Of a stretch of 45,467 nucleotides of DNA, positions 34,429 to 43,516 are shown in pieces; the stretch's first letter is position 1, and each line of letters opens with the position of its first letter. The notes under the pieces were generated by a model. That model was not told the DNA's origin. It saw only the letters and a program-made list of their open reading frames with translations, and made no database searches. The stretch lies in assembly GCA_002427535.1 (NCBI GenBank), contig DIRK01000043.1, positions 1 through 45,467 on the forward strand, given 5' to 3'. This DNA is from Mageeibacillus sp. UBA5438. Its GTDB lineage: Bacteria > Bacillota > Clostridia > Saccharofermentanales > DTU023. The position numbers and the translations under genes were made by a program.

Positions 34429-35366
34429 TGATGAAAAAGCATCATCCGGGCGTTGTGCTCTTTTATTACGGCTCAGTCCTCGTTTTGACTATGGCGACGC
34501 GGCATCCGGCGGTGACCCTCTTGTCTTTTTTGTTTTCATTAATCCTGCGATTTCGGATGGAAGAAACAAGAAAAGTCGGACACTCCCTTTTCTATCTGTT
34601 GCCCATGATCTTGATGATCACGGTCTTGAACGGACTGTACAGCGACCGCGGCATGACCCTGCTCTTTTCGTGGGGGCCCGTCAACCTGTCCGTGGAGGGC
34701 ATTTTGTACGGACTCATTTCGGGGATTTCACTGTCCGCAGTCATCTTGTGGTTTCAAAACTACCACGACACGATGGAGAGCGGGCGATTCCTGGCTGTGT
34801 TAGGAAAACGCCTGCCCGTGATCAGCATGATGGTGTCCATGATCTTTCGCGCCATCCCGGATACGCTCGAACAGGGGCGGGAAATCGAGCAAAGCCGTCG
34901 GGCGCTTACAGGGGAGCGTCGTGGGAAATTCCAACTCAAACACGGGGTCACGCTTTTAACCATCCTCATGGGTTGGAGCATGGAAAACGCCATTGAAACA
35001 GCCGACGCCATGAAGGCAAAAGCCTATCTGTCTGATAAGCGGATACCGTACGCCGGGATTCGCCGCTCTTTACGTGACCTCCTGCCGCTCCTGTTGACCT
35101 TGGGTTCAGGTGCCTTGGTCCTTGGGGGCATATTTATAGGCGGCGCGGGCTTTTTGTATTATCCCTTCATGCAAATCCCCCAAAGGGCCGAAAGAGGGTT
35201 CTTCCTTTGGCTTACGGGGAGCACGTTACTCTTCTTGCTTCCTTTATTCTTAGACGGCTTGGATTGGGCCTTGGGGCAGCTTCGACGCCAATTGCTCCGA
35301 GAAGTCTCACCCGATCCTTTCGTATTGCAGCTGTTGCCCCATGATTTAAAGGCAGGTGTTGAATGA
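34425..35366 (+). CDS. ECF transporter transmembrane (T) component, CbiQ/EcfT family
   Basis: The ATG overlaps the upstream stop (ATGA). Polytopic membrane protein with cytoplasmic coupling-helix-like segments (EQSRRALTGERRG; ETADAMKAKAY). It sits directly upstream of the fused ATPase. Confidence 0.7.
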   Translation: MMMKKHHPGVVLFYYGSVLVLTMATRHPAVTLLSFLFSLILRFRMEETRKVGHSLFYLLPMILMITVLNGLYSDRGMTLLFSWGPVNLSVEGILYGLISGISLSAVILWFQNYHDTMESGRFLAVLGKRLPVISMMVSMIFRAIPDTLEQGREIEQSRRALTGERRGKFQLKHGVTLLTILMGWSMENAIETADAMKAKAYLSDKRIPYAGIRRSLRDLLPLLLTLGSGALVLGGIFIGGAGFLYYPFMQIPQRAERGFFLWLTGSTLLFLLPLFLDGLDWALGQLRRQLLREVSPDPFVLQLLPHDLKAGVE

Positions 35367-36964
35367 TGAGTCAGAGTCAGAATAATCTTTTGAAAGTCGA
35401 AGGGCTTTCCTTTACCTATCCCGGTATGGAGGAAGAGGCGCTCATCGACCTCTCCTTTGAAGTAGAAAAGGGCAGTTTCACCCTGTTATGCGGGCCTACA
35501 GGGAGCGGAAAAACAACTCTCTTACGTGCCTTAAAAGAGGAACTTCGCCCGACGGGAGACTACCTCGGTCACATCTTGGCGCCCCCCACCATCGCCTTTG
35601 TACTGCAGGACCCCTCAAACCAGATCGTCATGGATAGGGTCTGGCATGAATTGGCCTTTGGTTTGGAAAATATGGGGTTATCCGGGAAGGTCATTGAACG
35701 GCGGATCGCAGAGACCGCGCATTTTTTTGGCATCGAGCACTGGATCAACCGCCCCATCTCTGAACTCTCCGGGGGGGAGAAACAGATTTTGAACCTTGCC
35801 TCCTCGCTCATTTTGAATCCTTCGCTCATTATTTTGGACGAGCCTACGGCAAGACTTGATCCGGTCGCTGTCACGCGCTTTTTATCGCTTTTGGAGAAAA
35901 TCCATCAGGAGATCGGGACCACCATTCTCTTGTCGGAGCACCGCATGGCGGATGTTCTCCCATTAGTCAACCAGGTGCTGTATTTAGAGGAGGGACATCT
36001 TCTTTATGACGGGGAGCCCCGAGCGTTTGCAAGCTTCCTCTTGGAAGGGCAGAACCCTTTTGCGAAATCGCTGCCGGCTGCGACCAAGATCGTGGATTGG
36101 GCGGAGGCGGCTACGGGACAAAGGCGTTCCCTGCCGGCTCTTTCAGTCCCTGAAGCGCGTAAAAGACTGAATGGGCTCGATCTGGTACTTATGACAGAAC
36201 GACCGGATGAGATTGCCTTCACAGAAGCAGACGCAATTTTGAAGGCGAAAGCCCTGTCCTATCGCTATAAGAGCGATCTCCCGTTCGTTTTGGAAGACCT
36301 CTCCCTTCATCTTTTGGAGCAGTCGATCCACGCGGTGTTGGGCGGGAACGGTAGCGGGAAATCCACCCTGCTTTATCTTATGAGCCGCGTGAAGTCGCCT
36401 AATTCCGGGAAACTTTTCATCGAGGAAGAAAAGCGTGTCGGACTTCTGACACAAAACGCGAAAGCGTTGTTTTCAAAAGAGCACCTCAAAGATGAATTGA
36501 TGGAGCTTCATCAATTAGGGCAGTACGGGGAAGAAGAGGTGGAGAAGATCGCCGGCGCTCTGTCACTGCTGCCGCTCCTTTCCCGCCATCCTTACGATCT
36601 GTCAGGCGGGGAAATGCAAAAGGCGGCGCTCGCTAAACTGTTATTGCTGTCCCCGGACATTCTCCTTTTAGATGAACCTGACAGGGGACTTGATGCCGCG
36701 GGCAAAGAAGAAGTCATCACCCTGCTTCGTAAGCTCCGATCGGAAGGAAAGACCATTCTTTTTGTGTCGCACGATTTGAATTTCACGGCCCGCGTGGCAG
36801 ACCGTGTTTCCTTGCTCTTTAACGGCCAGATCGTGGTCACCGAAAACAGTCGCTCTTTTTTCAGCGAGAACAATTTCTATACTACGGATGTGGCGAGGGT
36901 CACAAGAGGGATCCTCCCCGGTCTTGTCGCTTTGGAGGATCTTGATGCGAAACGATTCGATTAA
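35363..36964 (+). CDS. fused ECF/ABC ATPase (two nucleotide-binding domains, EcfA-EcfA')
   Basis: Two full sets of motifs: Walker A GPTGSGKTT / GGNGSGKST, signature LSGGEKQ / LSGGEMQ, Walker B IILDEPT / LLLDEPD. ATGA overlap with the T component. Confidence 0.9.
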   Translation: MMSQSQNNLLKVEGLSFTYPGMEEEALIDLSFEVEKGSFTLLCGPTGSGKTTLLRALKEELRPTGDYLGHILAPPTIAFVLQDPSNQIVMDRVWHELAFGLENMGLSGKVIERRIAETAHFFGIEHWINRPISELSGGEKQILNLASSLILNPSLIILDEPTARLDPVAVTRFLSLLEKIHQEIGTTILLSEHRMADVLPLVNQVLYLEEGHLLYDGEPRAFASFLLEGQNPFAKSLPAATKIVDWAEAATGQRRSLPALSVPEARKRLNGLDLVLMTERPDEIAFTEADAILKAKALSYRYKSDLPFVLEDLSLHLLEQSIHAVLGGNGSGKSTLLYLMSRVKSPNSGKLFIEEEKRVGLLTQNAKALFSKEHLKDELMELHQLGQYGEEEVEKIAGALSLLPLLSRHPYDLSGGEMQKAALAKLLLLSPDILLLDEPDRGLDAAGKEEVITLLRKLRSEGKTILFVSHDLNFTARVADRVSLLFNGQIVVTENSRSFFSENNFYTTDVARVTRGILPGLVALEDLDAKRFD

Positions 36965-37673
36965 AAAGAAGCTATCGCATCTTGCGGAGTGGGCGACGAT
37001 TTTACTCGTAGTGCTTGTGCTGTTTTTAAGCGCGCTGTTTCGTATTCGACAGGCGGCACTTTTGACCCTTTTGACCGCTTTTCTGGCGAGTGTCCCGTTC
37101 TTTTTGCATTTCGAGCGTCAGCGACCGCGCCCGCGAGACATCATGCCGATCGTAGTCATGGCGACGATTGCCACGGTGGGCAATTTACTTTTTGGCCCTA
37201 TCCCGAGTTTTAAGCCTGTCGGGGCGATCGTGATTGTGACGGGTATTTCCTTTGGCCGCCAAAGCGGTTATGTGACTGGGGCACTTGCGGCCTTTTCGTC
37301 CAACTTGCTTTTTGGACAGGGGGCCTGGACACCTTGGCAGATGTTCGGTTGGGGGCTGGTGGGCTATCTTGCGGGGGTGTTCGAGGAAAAAGGATGGTTT
37401 CGCCGACCCGCTATGGTCTATATTTACGCATTCTTATCCGGATTTCTTTTTGGTTTTCTGCTCGATACCTGGCATATCATCGGTTTTGTGCAGCCTGTGA
37501 CCTGGCAGAACGCATTGTTGGCCTACGGCGCGGGGCTTCCGATGAACGCGACGCTCGCGGTGGCCACCGTTTTATTTTTGATTCCTGTGTTGCGGCCTTG
37601 GACCATGAAACTGGAACGCGTGAAACGGAAATTCGGATTATTGGACGATCGTCAAGAACTGTCACCTATGTGA
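36945..37673 (+). CDS. ECF transporter substrate-specific (S) component, predicted corrinoid-specific
   Basis: ATG at 36945 after GGAGGA, overlapping the ATPase gene by 20 nt. About 6 TM helices; the GQGAWTPWQMFGWGLVG block is typical of ECF S components. Substrate is inferred only from the B12 riboswitch. Confidence 0.65.
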   Translation: MRNDSIKKKLSHLAEWATILLVVLVLFLSALFRIRQAALLTLLTAFLASVPFFLHFERQRPRPRDIMPIVVMATIATVGNLLFGPIPSFKPVGAIVIVTGISFGRQSGYVTGALAAFSSNLLFGQGAWTPWQMFGWGLVGYLAGVFEEKGWFRRPAMVYIYAFLSGFLFGFLLDTWHIIGFVQPVTWQNALLAYGAGLPMNATLAVATVLFLIPVLRPWTMKLERVKRKFGLLDDRQELSPM

Positions 37674-37701
37674 CGAGTCAATCGTTACGGAATGCGAGAT
37701 T

Positions 37702-37730
37702 TTGACGAGGCTCGTGTAGAATTTTACATA
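37702..37730 (+). promoter_or_regulatory. candidate promoter of the gcv operon
   Basis: TTGACG, 17 nt, TACATA, about 77 nt upstream of the gcvT ATG. Confidence 0.4.
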
Positions 37731-37806
37731 AGCCGAAAGGCGTCATTCGTGTTACCATAGGTGGGGCTAATTGGCCTTACACATATACCGAGGGGAGGAG
37801 TTTCGG

Positions 37807-38919
37807 ATGAAAAAAACACCTTTGTACGATCGGCACGTCGCGCTTGGTGCGCGCATGGTTGAGTATGCCGGCTGGAACATGCCCGTTCAATATGAGGGCG
37901 TTCGTGATGAAGTGCTGGCGGTCAGAGAGGCTACGGGTATTTTCGATGTATCCCATATGGGTGAGATTCGCGTGAAGGGTGAAGGAGCCGGTGAATTTTT
38001 GGACTGGCTTTTGACACGCCGTGTGACCGGCAAAAAACCGGACCAGATTACCTACGCAATACTGAGCGCCGCAGATGGCGGCACGGTCGACGACCTTTTG
38101 AGCTACACAATGGGTGAGGAAGATTACATGCTCGTTGTCAACGCCGCCAACAAAGACAAAGACCTTGTCCATATGAATGAGAGTCTGGTGGCTTATAAAG
38201 AGGCCTATCCCGACCGCAAAGCTGACGTCGAGGTGATCGATGAATCTGACCTCTACGGGCAGATTGCCGTGCAGGGACCGGGAAGCCTTGACTGCATCCT
38301 GGAAGTAGCCGATGCCTTGGAGCTCACAGAAGAAGAGCGCGAAGAGCTTAGAGGCTTGAAGCGTTTTCGCCAGATGTTTGTGCCCGTCAAAGGAGAATCG
38401 CGCGATCTCATTATCTCCCGGACAGGTTACACCGGTGAAAATGGCTATGAATTTTATATCCCCATCGCAAAGACTGAGCATTATTGGAATATCTTTATCG
38501 ACGCCGAAGTGGTCCCCTGTGGCCTCGGCGCGCGCGATACTTTGCGCCTTGAGGCGGGCATGCCGCTTTACGGGCATGAAATGTCCTCTGAAATCAGCGC
38601 GCTTGAAGGCGGTATGAGCTTCTTTGTCGACCTTCAGCATGAATTCCAGGGCAGCGTGATGAAAGATAAGGTGACGCGCCGTCAAATCGCGCTTGAAAGC
38701 GATACGCGCGCCATTCCGCGCGACGGCTATGAAGTCTATGTGGAAGGCGTCAAAGCGGGCGTGATCACCTCAGGGACGTTCTCGCCGGTATTAGAAAAAG
38801 GAATCGCCTTTGCATTAGTCGATATTGACACACCGGAGGTTTCTCATGTTGAGGTACAGGTCAGAAAAAATCTGCAACCCTTTACCGTTGTGAAAGCGCC
38901 CTTTGTGGCAGGGAAATAA
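37807..38919 (+). CDS. gcvT: glycine cleavage system aminomethyltransferase GcvT
   Basis: MKKTPLYDRHVALGARMVEYAGWNMPVQY.., GIFDVSHMG and RDTLRLEAGMPLYGHE. ATG at 37807 after GAGGGGAGGAG. Confidence 0.93.
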   Translation: MKKTPLYDRHVALGARMVEYAGWNMPVQYEGVRDEVLAVREATGIFDVSHMGEIRVKGEGAGEFLDWLLTRRVTGKKPDQITYAILSAADGGTVDDLLSYTMGEEDYMLVVNAANKDKDLVHMNESLVAYKEAYPDRKADVEVIDESDLYGQIAVQGPGSLDCILEVADALELTEEEREELRGLKRFRQMFVPVKGESRDLIISRTGYTGENGYEFYIPIAKTEHYWNIFIDAEVVPCGLGARDTLRLEAGMPLYGHEMSSEISALEGGMSFFVDLQHEFQGSVMKDKVTRRQIALESDTRAIPRDGYEVYVEGVKAGVITSGTFSPVLEKGIAFALVDIDTPEVSHVEVQVRKNLQPFTVVKAPFVAGK

Positions 38920-38959
38920 TATAAAAAGCTATTAATAAAATTTGGGAAGGAATGAAAGA

Positions 38960-39340
38960 ATGAATCAAGAATTGAAGTTTTCAAAAACACACGAATGGGT
39001 CAAGGTGGAAGGCAATATCGCCACCATCGGTCTGACTGACTTTGCGCAGGAACAGCTGGGTGACATCGTTTACGCGGAACCCGAGCCGGAAGGCACCGTC
39101 GTCGAACTCGAAGGTATTATAGGCACCGTCGAGTCGGTGAAAGCGGCGTCTGACCTCTATGCGCCCGTAAGCGGCGAGATTGTCGAAGCCAATGTTGAGA
39201 TTGAAGATGAGCCCGAAATGATCAACCGGGCACCCTGGGAGACATGGTTTGTGAAAATTGAGATGGACGACCTGTCACAGCTTGATGTGTTGCTCGACCA
39301 AGACGCATACGATGAGTTCTGCAAGGAGGAACAGGCATGA
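38960..39340 (+). CDS. gcvH: glycine cleavage system protein H
   Basis: KFSKTHEWVKVEG and lipoyl-lysine block VESVKAASDLYAPVSGE. ATG at 38960 after GGAAGGA. Confidence 0.93.
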   Translation: MNQELKFSKTHEWVKVEGNIATIGLTDFAQEQLGDIVYAEPEPEGTVVELEGIIGTVESVKAASDLYAPVSGEIVEANVEIEDEPEMINRAPWETWFVKIEMDDLSQLDVLLDQDAYDEFCKEEQA

Positions 39341-40686
39341 TCGGATACCTCCCTATGGACCGGGAAGAACGCCGCGAAATGTTGGCGTCGGTGGGAGTCG
39401 ATCTTGATCAGTTGTTCGCCATGATTCCTGCGTGCGATTGTGTCCGGGTGGATAATTACCAGGCACTCGCAAAAGACGGGATGAGTGAGATGGAGGTCGT
39501 TGACCACATCAAGAAACTTGCGGCCAAAAACAAAAACGGTGAAGACTATGACAGCTATCTTGGGGCCGGTTACTACGACCATTACCAGCCCGCGGCTGTC
39601 CACCACCTGATCAGCCGGTCTGAATTTTTAACGTCTTACACGCCTTACCAGGCAGAGATTTCTCAAGGAACCTTACAGGCCATTTTTGAATGGCAAAGCT
39701 ATATCACGCGTCTCACGGGACTTCCCGTCTCAAACGCCTCTCTATATGACGCGTCCTCCGGCGCGGCCGAAGCGATGCTTTTGGCCTGCCGTGACAAACG
39801 TCGTTACAAAGTGTTCGTATCCGAAGGTGTGCATCCCGATACGATGGAGACCATCAAAACTTACCTGCATGCGGCGGACATTGAAGTCGTGACGGGTGCA
39901 TTGGACGAACACGGGCAGACCAGCGTCTTTCCCGAGGAAAAAGGTGAATACGCCGGCTTCCTCGTCCAGAGTCCGAACTTTTACGGCGTGGTCGAAGATC
40001 TCGACCTGCTCGTCCAAAAAGCGCACGAAGTCGATGCCTTGGCCGCTGTCTCACAGGATCCTGTGAGTCTTGCGATTTTGAAGCGTCCCGGCGACGCGGG
40101 CGTCGACATCGCGGTCGGTGAAGCACAGTCCCTGGGACTTCCCCTGTCCTTCGGCGGCCCGGGCGCCGGCTATATGGCCGTCACAGAGCGCCTGATGCGC
40201 AAGATGCCCGGACGTATCTGCGGTGCCACCGTCGATCGTGAGGGCAGGACGAGCTACGTCTTGACCATCCAGGCAAGGGAACAACATATCCGAAGAGAGC
40301 GCGCGACCTCCAATATCTGCACCAGCCAGGCACTCATGGCGACCGCCGCGACCATCTGGTTGGCCCTCCAGGGCAGCGCGGGACTTCTCGATGTCGCAGA
40401 ACAGTCGGCGGCCAAAGCCATGTACCTTGAAAAGAAGCTTGTGGACAGCGGCTGTTTCAAACGCGTGTATGACGCGCCGTACTTCCGCGAATTCCTCGTG
40501 GAAGCCAAGGCGGGCGTTGATTTGAAAAAAGTCAACGAACAGTTGCTTGACGAAGGTGTCATCGGCGGTCTTGTCCTCGATCAAAACAGGATGCTCATCG
40601 CCGTCACAGAGAAGAAGACAAAAGAACAACTCGACTGCTTCGCGGACAAGCTCATCGCGCTTTGCGGTGGACAGGAAGGGAGATAG
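39337..40686 (+). CDS. gcvPA: glycine dehydrogenase (decarboxylating) subunit 1
   Basis: FLTSYTPYQAEISQGTLQAIFEWQ signature. ATGA overlap with gcvH. Confidence 0.92.
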   Translation: MIGYLPMDREERREMLASVGVDLDQLFAMIPACDCVRVDNYQALAKDGMSEMEVVDHIKKLAAKNKNGEDYDSYLGAGYYDHYQPAAVHHLISRSEFLTSYTPYQAEISQGTLQAIFEWQSYITRLTGLPVSNASLYDASSGAAEAMLLACRDKRRYKVFVSEGVHPDTMETIKTYLHAADIEVVTGALDEHGQTSVFPEEKGEYAGFLVQSPNFYGVVEDLDLLVQKAHEVDALAAVSQDPVSLAILKRPGDAGVDIAVGEAQSLGLPLSFGGPGAGYMAVTERLMRKMPGRICGATVDREGRTSYVLTIQAREQHIRRERATSNICTSQALMATAATIWLALQGSAGLLDVAEQSAAKAMYLEKKLVDSGCFKRVYDAPYFREFLVEAKAGVDLKKVNEQLLDEGVIGGLVLDQNRMLIAVTEKKTKEQLDCFADKLIALCGGQEGR

Positions 40687-40688
40687 TC

Positions 40689-42143
40689 ATGCCGAAATGT
40701 AAACACACCCCCTTAATTTTTGAAATAGCCACCAAGGGTGAGGCGAGCCGCTATATTAGGCCGCTTGATATCCCCAAGCCGGATTTCTCAGAATGGTTTG
40801 GCAAGGCCTATCGCGCTGAAAAGCCCAATATCCCCGATGTGGACGAAATTTCTGTGGTTCGCCATTACTCCAATATGTCGAACAAAAACTACCACGTCGA
40901 GATGGGTCCGTATCCTTTGGGCTCCTGCACGATGAAATATAACCCGAAGGTTAACGAGGATGTGGCGGCGCTTACAGGCTTTGCCGCAACGCATCCCCTG
41001 CAGCCCGACAGCACCGTCCAAGGTAACCTTGAGCTCCTCTACCGTCTGGAAGAGCTGCTCAATGATGTCACGGGTATGGATGCTTACACATTCCAGCCGG
41101 CGGCGGGCGCACACGGTGAATTGGCAGGCTTGTTGCTCATCAAGGCGTACCACGAGGATCGCGGCGATACCAAGCGTAATGTCATGATCATCCCGGACGC
41201 AGCGCACGGCACCAACCCCGCCACCGCGGCAATGGTCGGTTACAAGGTGCGCGAAGTCAAATCGAATGAGCACGGCATGATTGACCTCGAAGCCTTTGAA
41301 AAGGCGATGGGCGATGATGTGGCAGGCCTTATGCTGACCAACCCCAACACCCTCGGGATCTATGAGGAAAATATCGAAAAGATCACGAGAATGGTGCACG
41401 ACGCGGGCGGTCTTTGCTACTACGACGGCGCGAATATCAACGCGATCCTGATGCACGCAAGGCCGGGCGACATGGGCTTTGACTGTGTCCACCTGAACGT
41501 TCACAAGAGCTTTTCAACGCCTCACGGCGGCGGCGGCCCGGGCGCGGGTCCGGTTGGCTGTAAAGCCCACCTTGAGCCCTATCTGCCAAGACCGGTGGTG
41601 AGAAAAGAAGAAGACGGCTATAAGCTTGACTATGACCGCCCCAAATCATTTGGGAAGGTGAGAAGCTTCATCGGTTCATTCTCAGTGCTGGTGAAAACCT
41701 ACGCCTACATTCTGAGGAACGGCGCTGACGGGCTGCATCAGGCGGCCGAGGGCGCGGTGGCGAACTCGACCTATCTGCGCGAGCGGCTCAAAGGTGCGTA
41801 CCGCATTCCTTACGACACGCCGACGATGCATGAATTTGTCATGACCGGTGAGTGGCAGAAAGAGAAATTCGACTGCAACACCCTTGACATTGTCAAGCGC
41901 CTGATTGATTACGGCTTTCATCCGCCGACCATCTACTTCCCGCTCATTGTACCTGAGGCCATGATGCTGGAACCGACGGAGACGGAGACCTGGCGCGATC
42001 TCGAACAGCTAGCGGATGCCTTCTTGAGTATCGCGAAAGAAGCCGAGACTAATCCTGAATTGTTGAAAAATGCTCCGCACGATACCCCTATCGCGCGCCC
42101 CGACGAAACGCGGGCTGCGCGTGAGCCCGTGTTGGCGGGTTAG
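40689..42143 (+). CDS. gcvPB: glycine dehydrogenase (decarboxylating) subunit 2
   Basis: PLP-lysine block HLNVHKSFSTPHGGGGPGAGPVG. The ATG at 40689 lies 2 nt after the gcvPA stop. Confidence 0.92.
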   Translation: MPKCKHTPLIFEIATKGEASRYIRPLDIPKPDFSEWFGKAYRAEKPNIPDVDEISVVRHYSNMSNKNYHVEMGPYPLGSCTMKYNPKVNEDVAALTGFAATHPLQPDSTVQGNLELLYRLEELLNDVTGMDAYTFQPAAGAHGELAGLLLIKAYHEDRGDTKRNVMIIPDAAHGTNPATAAMVGYKVREVKSNEHGMIDLEAFEKAMGDDVAGLMLTNPNTLGIYEENIEKITRMVHDAGGLCYYDGANINAILMHARPGDMGFDCVHLNVHKSFSTPHGGGGPGAGPVGCKAHLEPYLPRPVVRKEEDGYKLDYDRPKSFGKVRSFIGSFSVLVKTYAYILRNGADGLHQAAEGAVANSTYLRERLKGAYRIPYDTPTMHEFVMTGEWQKEKFDCNTLDIVKRLIDYGFHPPTIYFPLIVPEAMMLEPTETETWRDLEQLADAFLSIAKEAETNPELLKNAPHDTPIARPDETRAAREPVLAG

Positions 42144-42164
42144 CAATTTTCACTAAAAGATGAG

Positions 42165-42196
42165 ACAACGGCCGGAAAATTTCCGGCCGTTGTTGT
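42165..42196 (+). terminator. terminator-like hairpin after gcvPB
   Basis: ACAACGGCCGGAA-AAT-TTCCGGCCGTTGT (13-bp arms) followed by only a weak T-rich tail (TGTTGT). Confidence 0.55.
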
Positions 42197-42218
42197 AAGA
42201 GCCATACAGCATCGTTTG

Positions 42219-42227
42219 TGATAGTAT
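42219..42227 (+). promoter_or_regulatory. extended -10 promoter candidate for gap
   Basis: TGaTAGTAT about 80 nt upstream of the gap ATG. No good -35 element. Confidence 0.35.
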
Positions 42228-42305
42228 GGCTTGCGGTGAGGATTCACCTTTTAAACTGACAAAAAGTGGGGAACGCCCACTTAACCAAGAAAGGAAATAG
42301 ATTAT

Positions 42306-43388
42306 ATGGCCATAAAAGTAGCAATTAATGGATTTGGCCGCATCGGACGCCTTGTTTTTAGGGGAATGGTCGAGCGAGGACTCCTCGGCGAGGAAGTCGA
42401 TTTGGTCGCGATCGTGGACATAAACACGAAGGCTGATTACTTTGTGTATCAACTGACCTACGACTCCGCGCAGCATCGTTGGGATCGTGATCTGACAACT
42501 GAAAAATCAAGCCCCGAAACGGAAGAAAACGATGTCATCGTCATCGACGGTAAACACCGCGTACAATGCGTGCTCGCGGGCGCGACCCCGGCGGATCTCG
42601 ACTGGAAGTCTCTGGGTGTCGATTATGTTGTCGACTGCTCCGGCATATTCAATGATTATGATAAGGCCATCGGGCATGTTAATGCCGGCGCGAAAAAAGT
42701 GCTGCTTTCCGCCCCGGGCAAAGGACCGGTGAAGACGCTTGTCTTGGGTGTAAACGAACAGGAATACAATCCTAGAGAAGACCTGGTCGTATCCAATGCG
42801 TCCTGCACCACGAACTGCCTGGCGCCCATCGTCCATGTCCTCTTAAAAGAAGGGCTTGAGATCGAAAAAGGCCTGATGACAACGATTCACGCCTACACAG
42901 CTTCTCAGCATGTGACTGACTCAAACTCTTTGAAGAGCTGGCGTCTCGGAAGAAGCGCCGCGGTTAATATCATTCCGACGACCACGGGTGCCGCAAAAGC
43001 GGTCGGCGAAGTGCTGCCCGCGGTCAAGGGCATCTTGACCGGCATGGCCTTCCGTGTACCGACGCTGACGGGTTCCGTCATTGACCTTACAGTGCTTTTA
43101 AAGAAAGATACATCGATCGAGGAGATCGACGCCCTGATGAAAAAGGCGTCTGAAACATACCTGAAGGGTCTCCTGAAGTACACCAAGGATCCCATCGTGT
43201 CGACGGATGTCATCCATGATGACCACTCTTCCGTCTATGATTCTTCGGCGACGCTTTCGAATAACCTTAAGGACGAAAAGCGGTTCTTCAAGCTCGTGTC
43301 CTGGTATGACAACGAGTGGGGCTATGCGGGGCGCACGATTGACATGTTACTTTATATGGCAAAAGAAGACGAAAAAGCCGGCGTTTAA
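42306..43388 (+). CDS. gap: type I glyceraldehyde-3-phosphate dehydrogenase
   Basis: INGFGRIGR Rossmann start and catalytic SNASCTTNCLAP; WYDNEWGY near the C-terminus. 360 aa. Confidence 0.93.
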   Translation: MAIKVAINGFGRIGRLVFRGMVERGLLGEEVDLVAIVDINTKADYFVYQLTYDSAQHRWDRDLTTEKSSPETEENDVIVIDGKHRVQCVLAGATPADLDWKSLGVDYVVDCSGIFNDYDKAIGHVNAGAKKVLLSAPGKGPVKTLVLGVNEQEYNPREDLVVSNASCTTNCLAPIVHVLLKEGLEIEKGLMTTIHAYTASQHVTDSNSLKSWRLGRSAAVNIIPTTTGAAKAVGEVLPAVKGILTGMAFRVPTLTGSVIDLTVLLKKDTSIEEIDALMKKASETYLKGLLKYTKDPIVSTDVIHDDHSSVYDSSATLSNNLKDEKRFFKLVSWYDNEWGYAGRTIDMLLYMAKEDEKAGV

Positions 43389-43422
43389 TCGGCATGTCGT
43401 CGCATCTCGGGTTTTGAAATCA

Positions 43423-43457
43423 AAAACGCCCCCTCCGTACGCCGGCGGGGGCGTTTT
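43423..43457 (+). terminator. intrinsic terminator after gap
   Basis: AAAACGCCCCC - 13-nt loop - GGGGGCGTTTT. Confidence 0.8.
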
Positions 43458-43469
43458 AGTCTTATGACA

Positions 43470-43498
43470 TTTACAAAGAGGATGCTTGTCACTACAAT
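43470..43498 (+). promoter_or_regulatory. candidate sigma-A promoter of the atp operon
   Basis: TTTACA, 17 nt, TACAAT, ending 18 nt upstream of the GTG at 43517. Confidence 0.55.
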
Positions 43499-43516
43499 AG
43501 GGCTAGTAGAAGAGAG

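Noticed and set aside
37674-37806. Possible glycine riboswitch upstream of gcvT, as found in many Firmicutes.
   Set aside because: The 133-nt leader lacks the GGAGAG...CACCGAAGGGGCAA / CTCTCAGG type cores and is too short for the usual tandem aptamers. Only a promoter-like TTGACG-17-TACATA and a strong SD are visible. A cmsearch with RF00504 would settle it.
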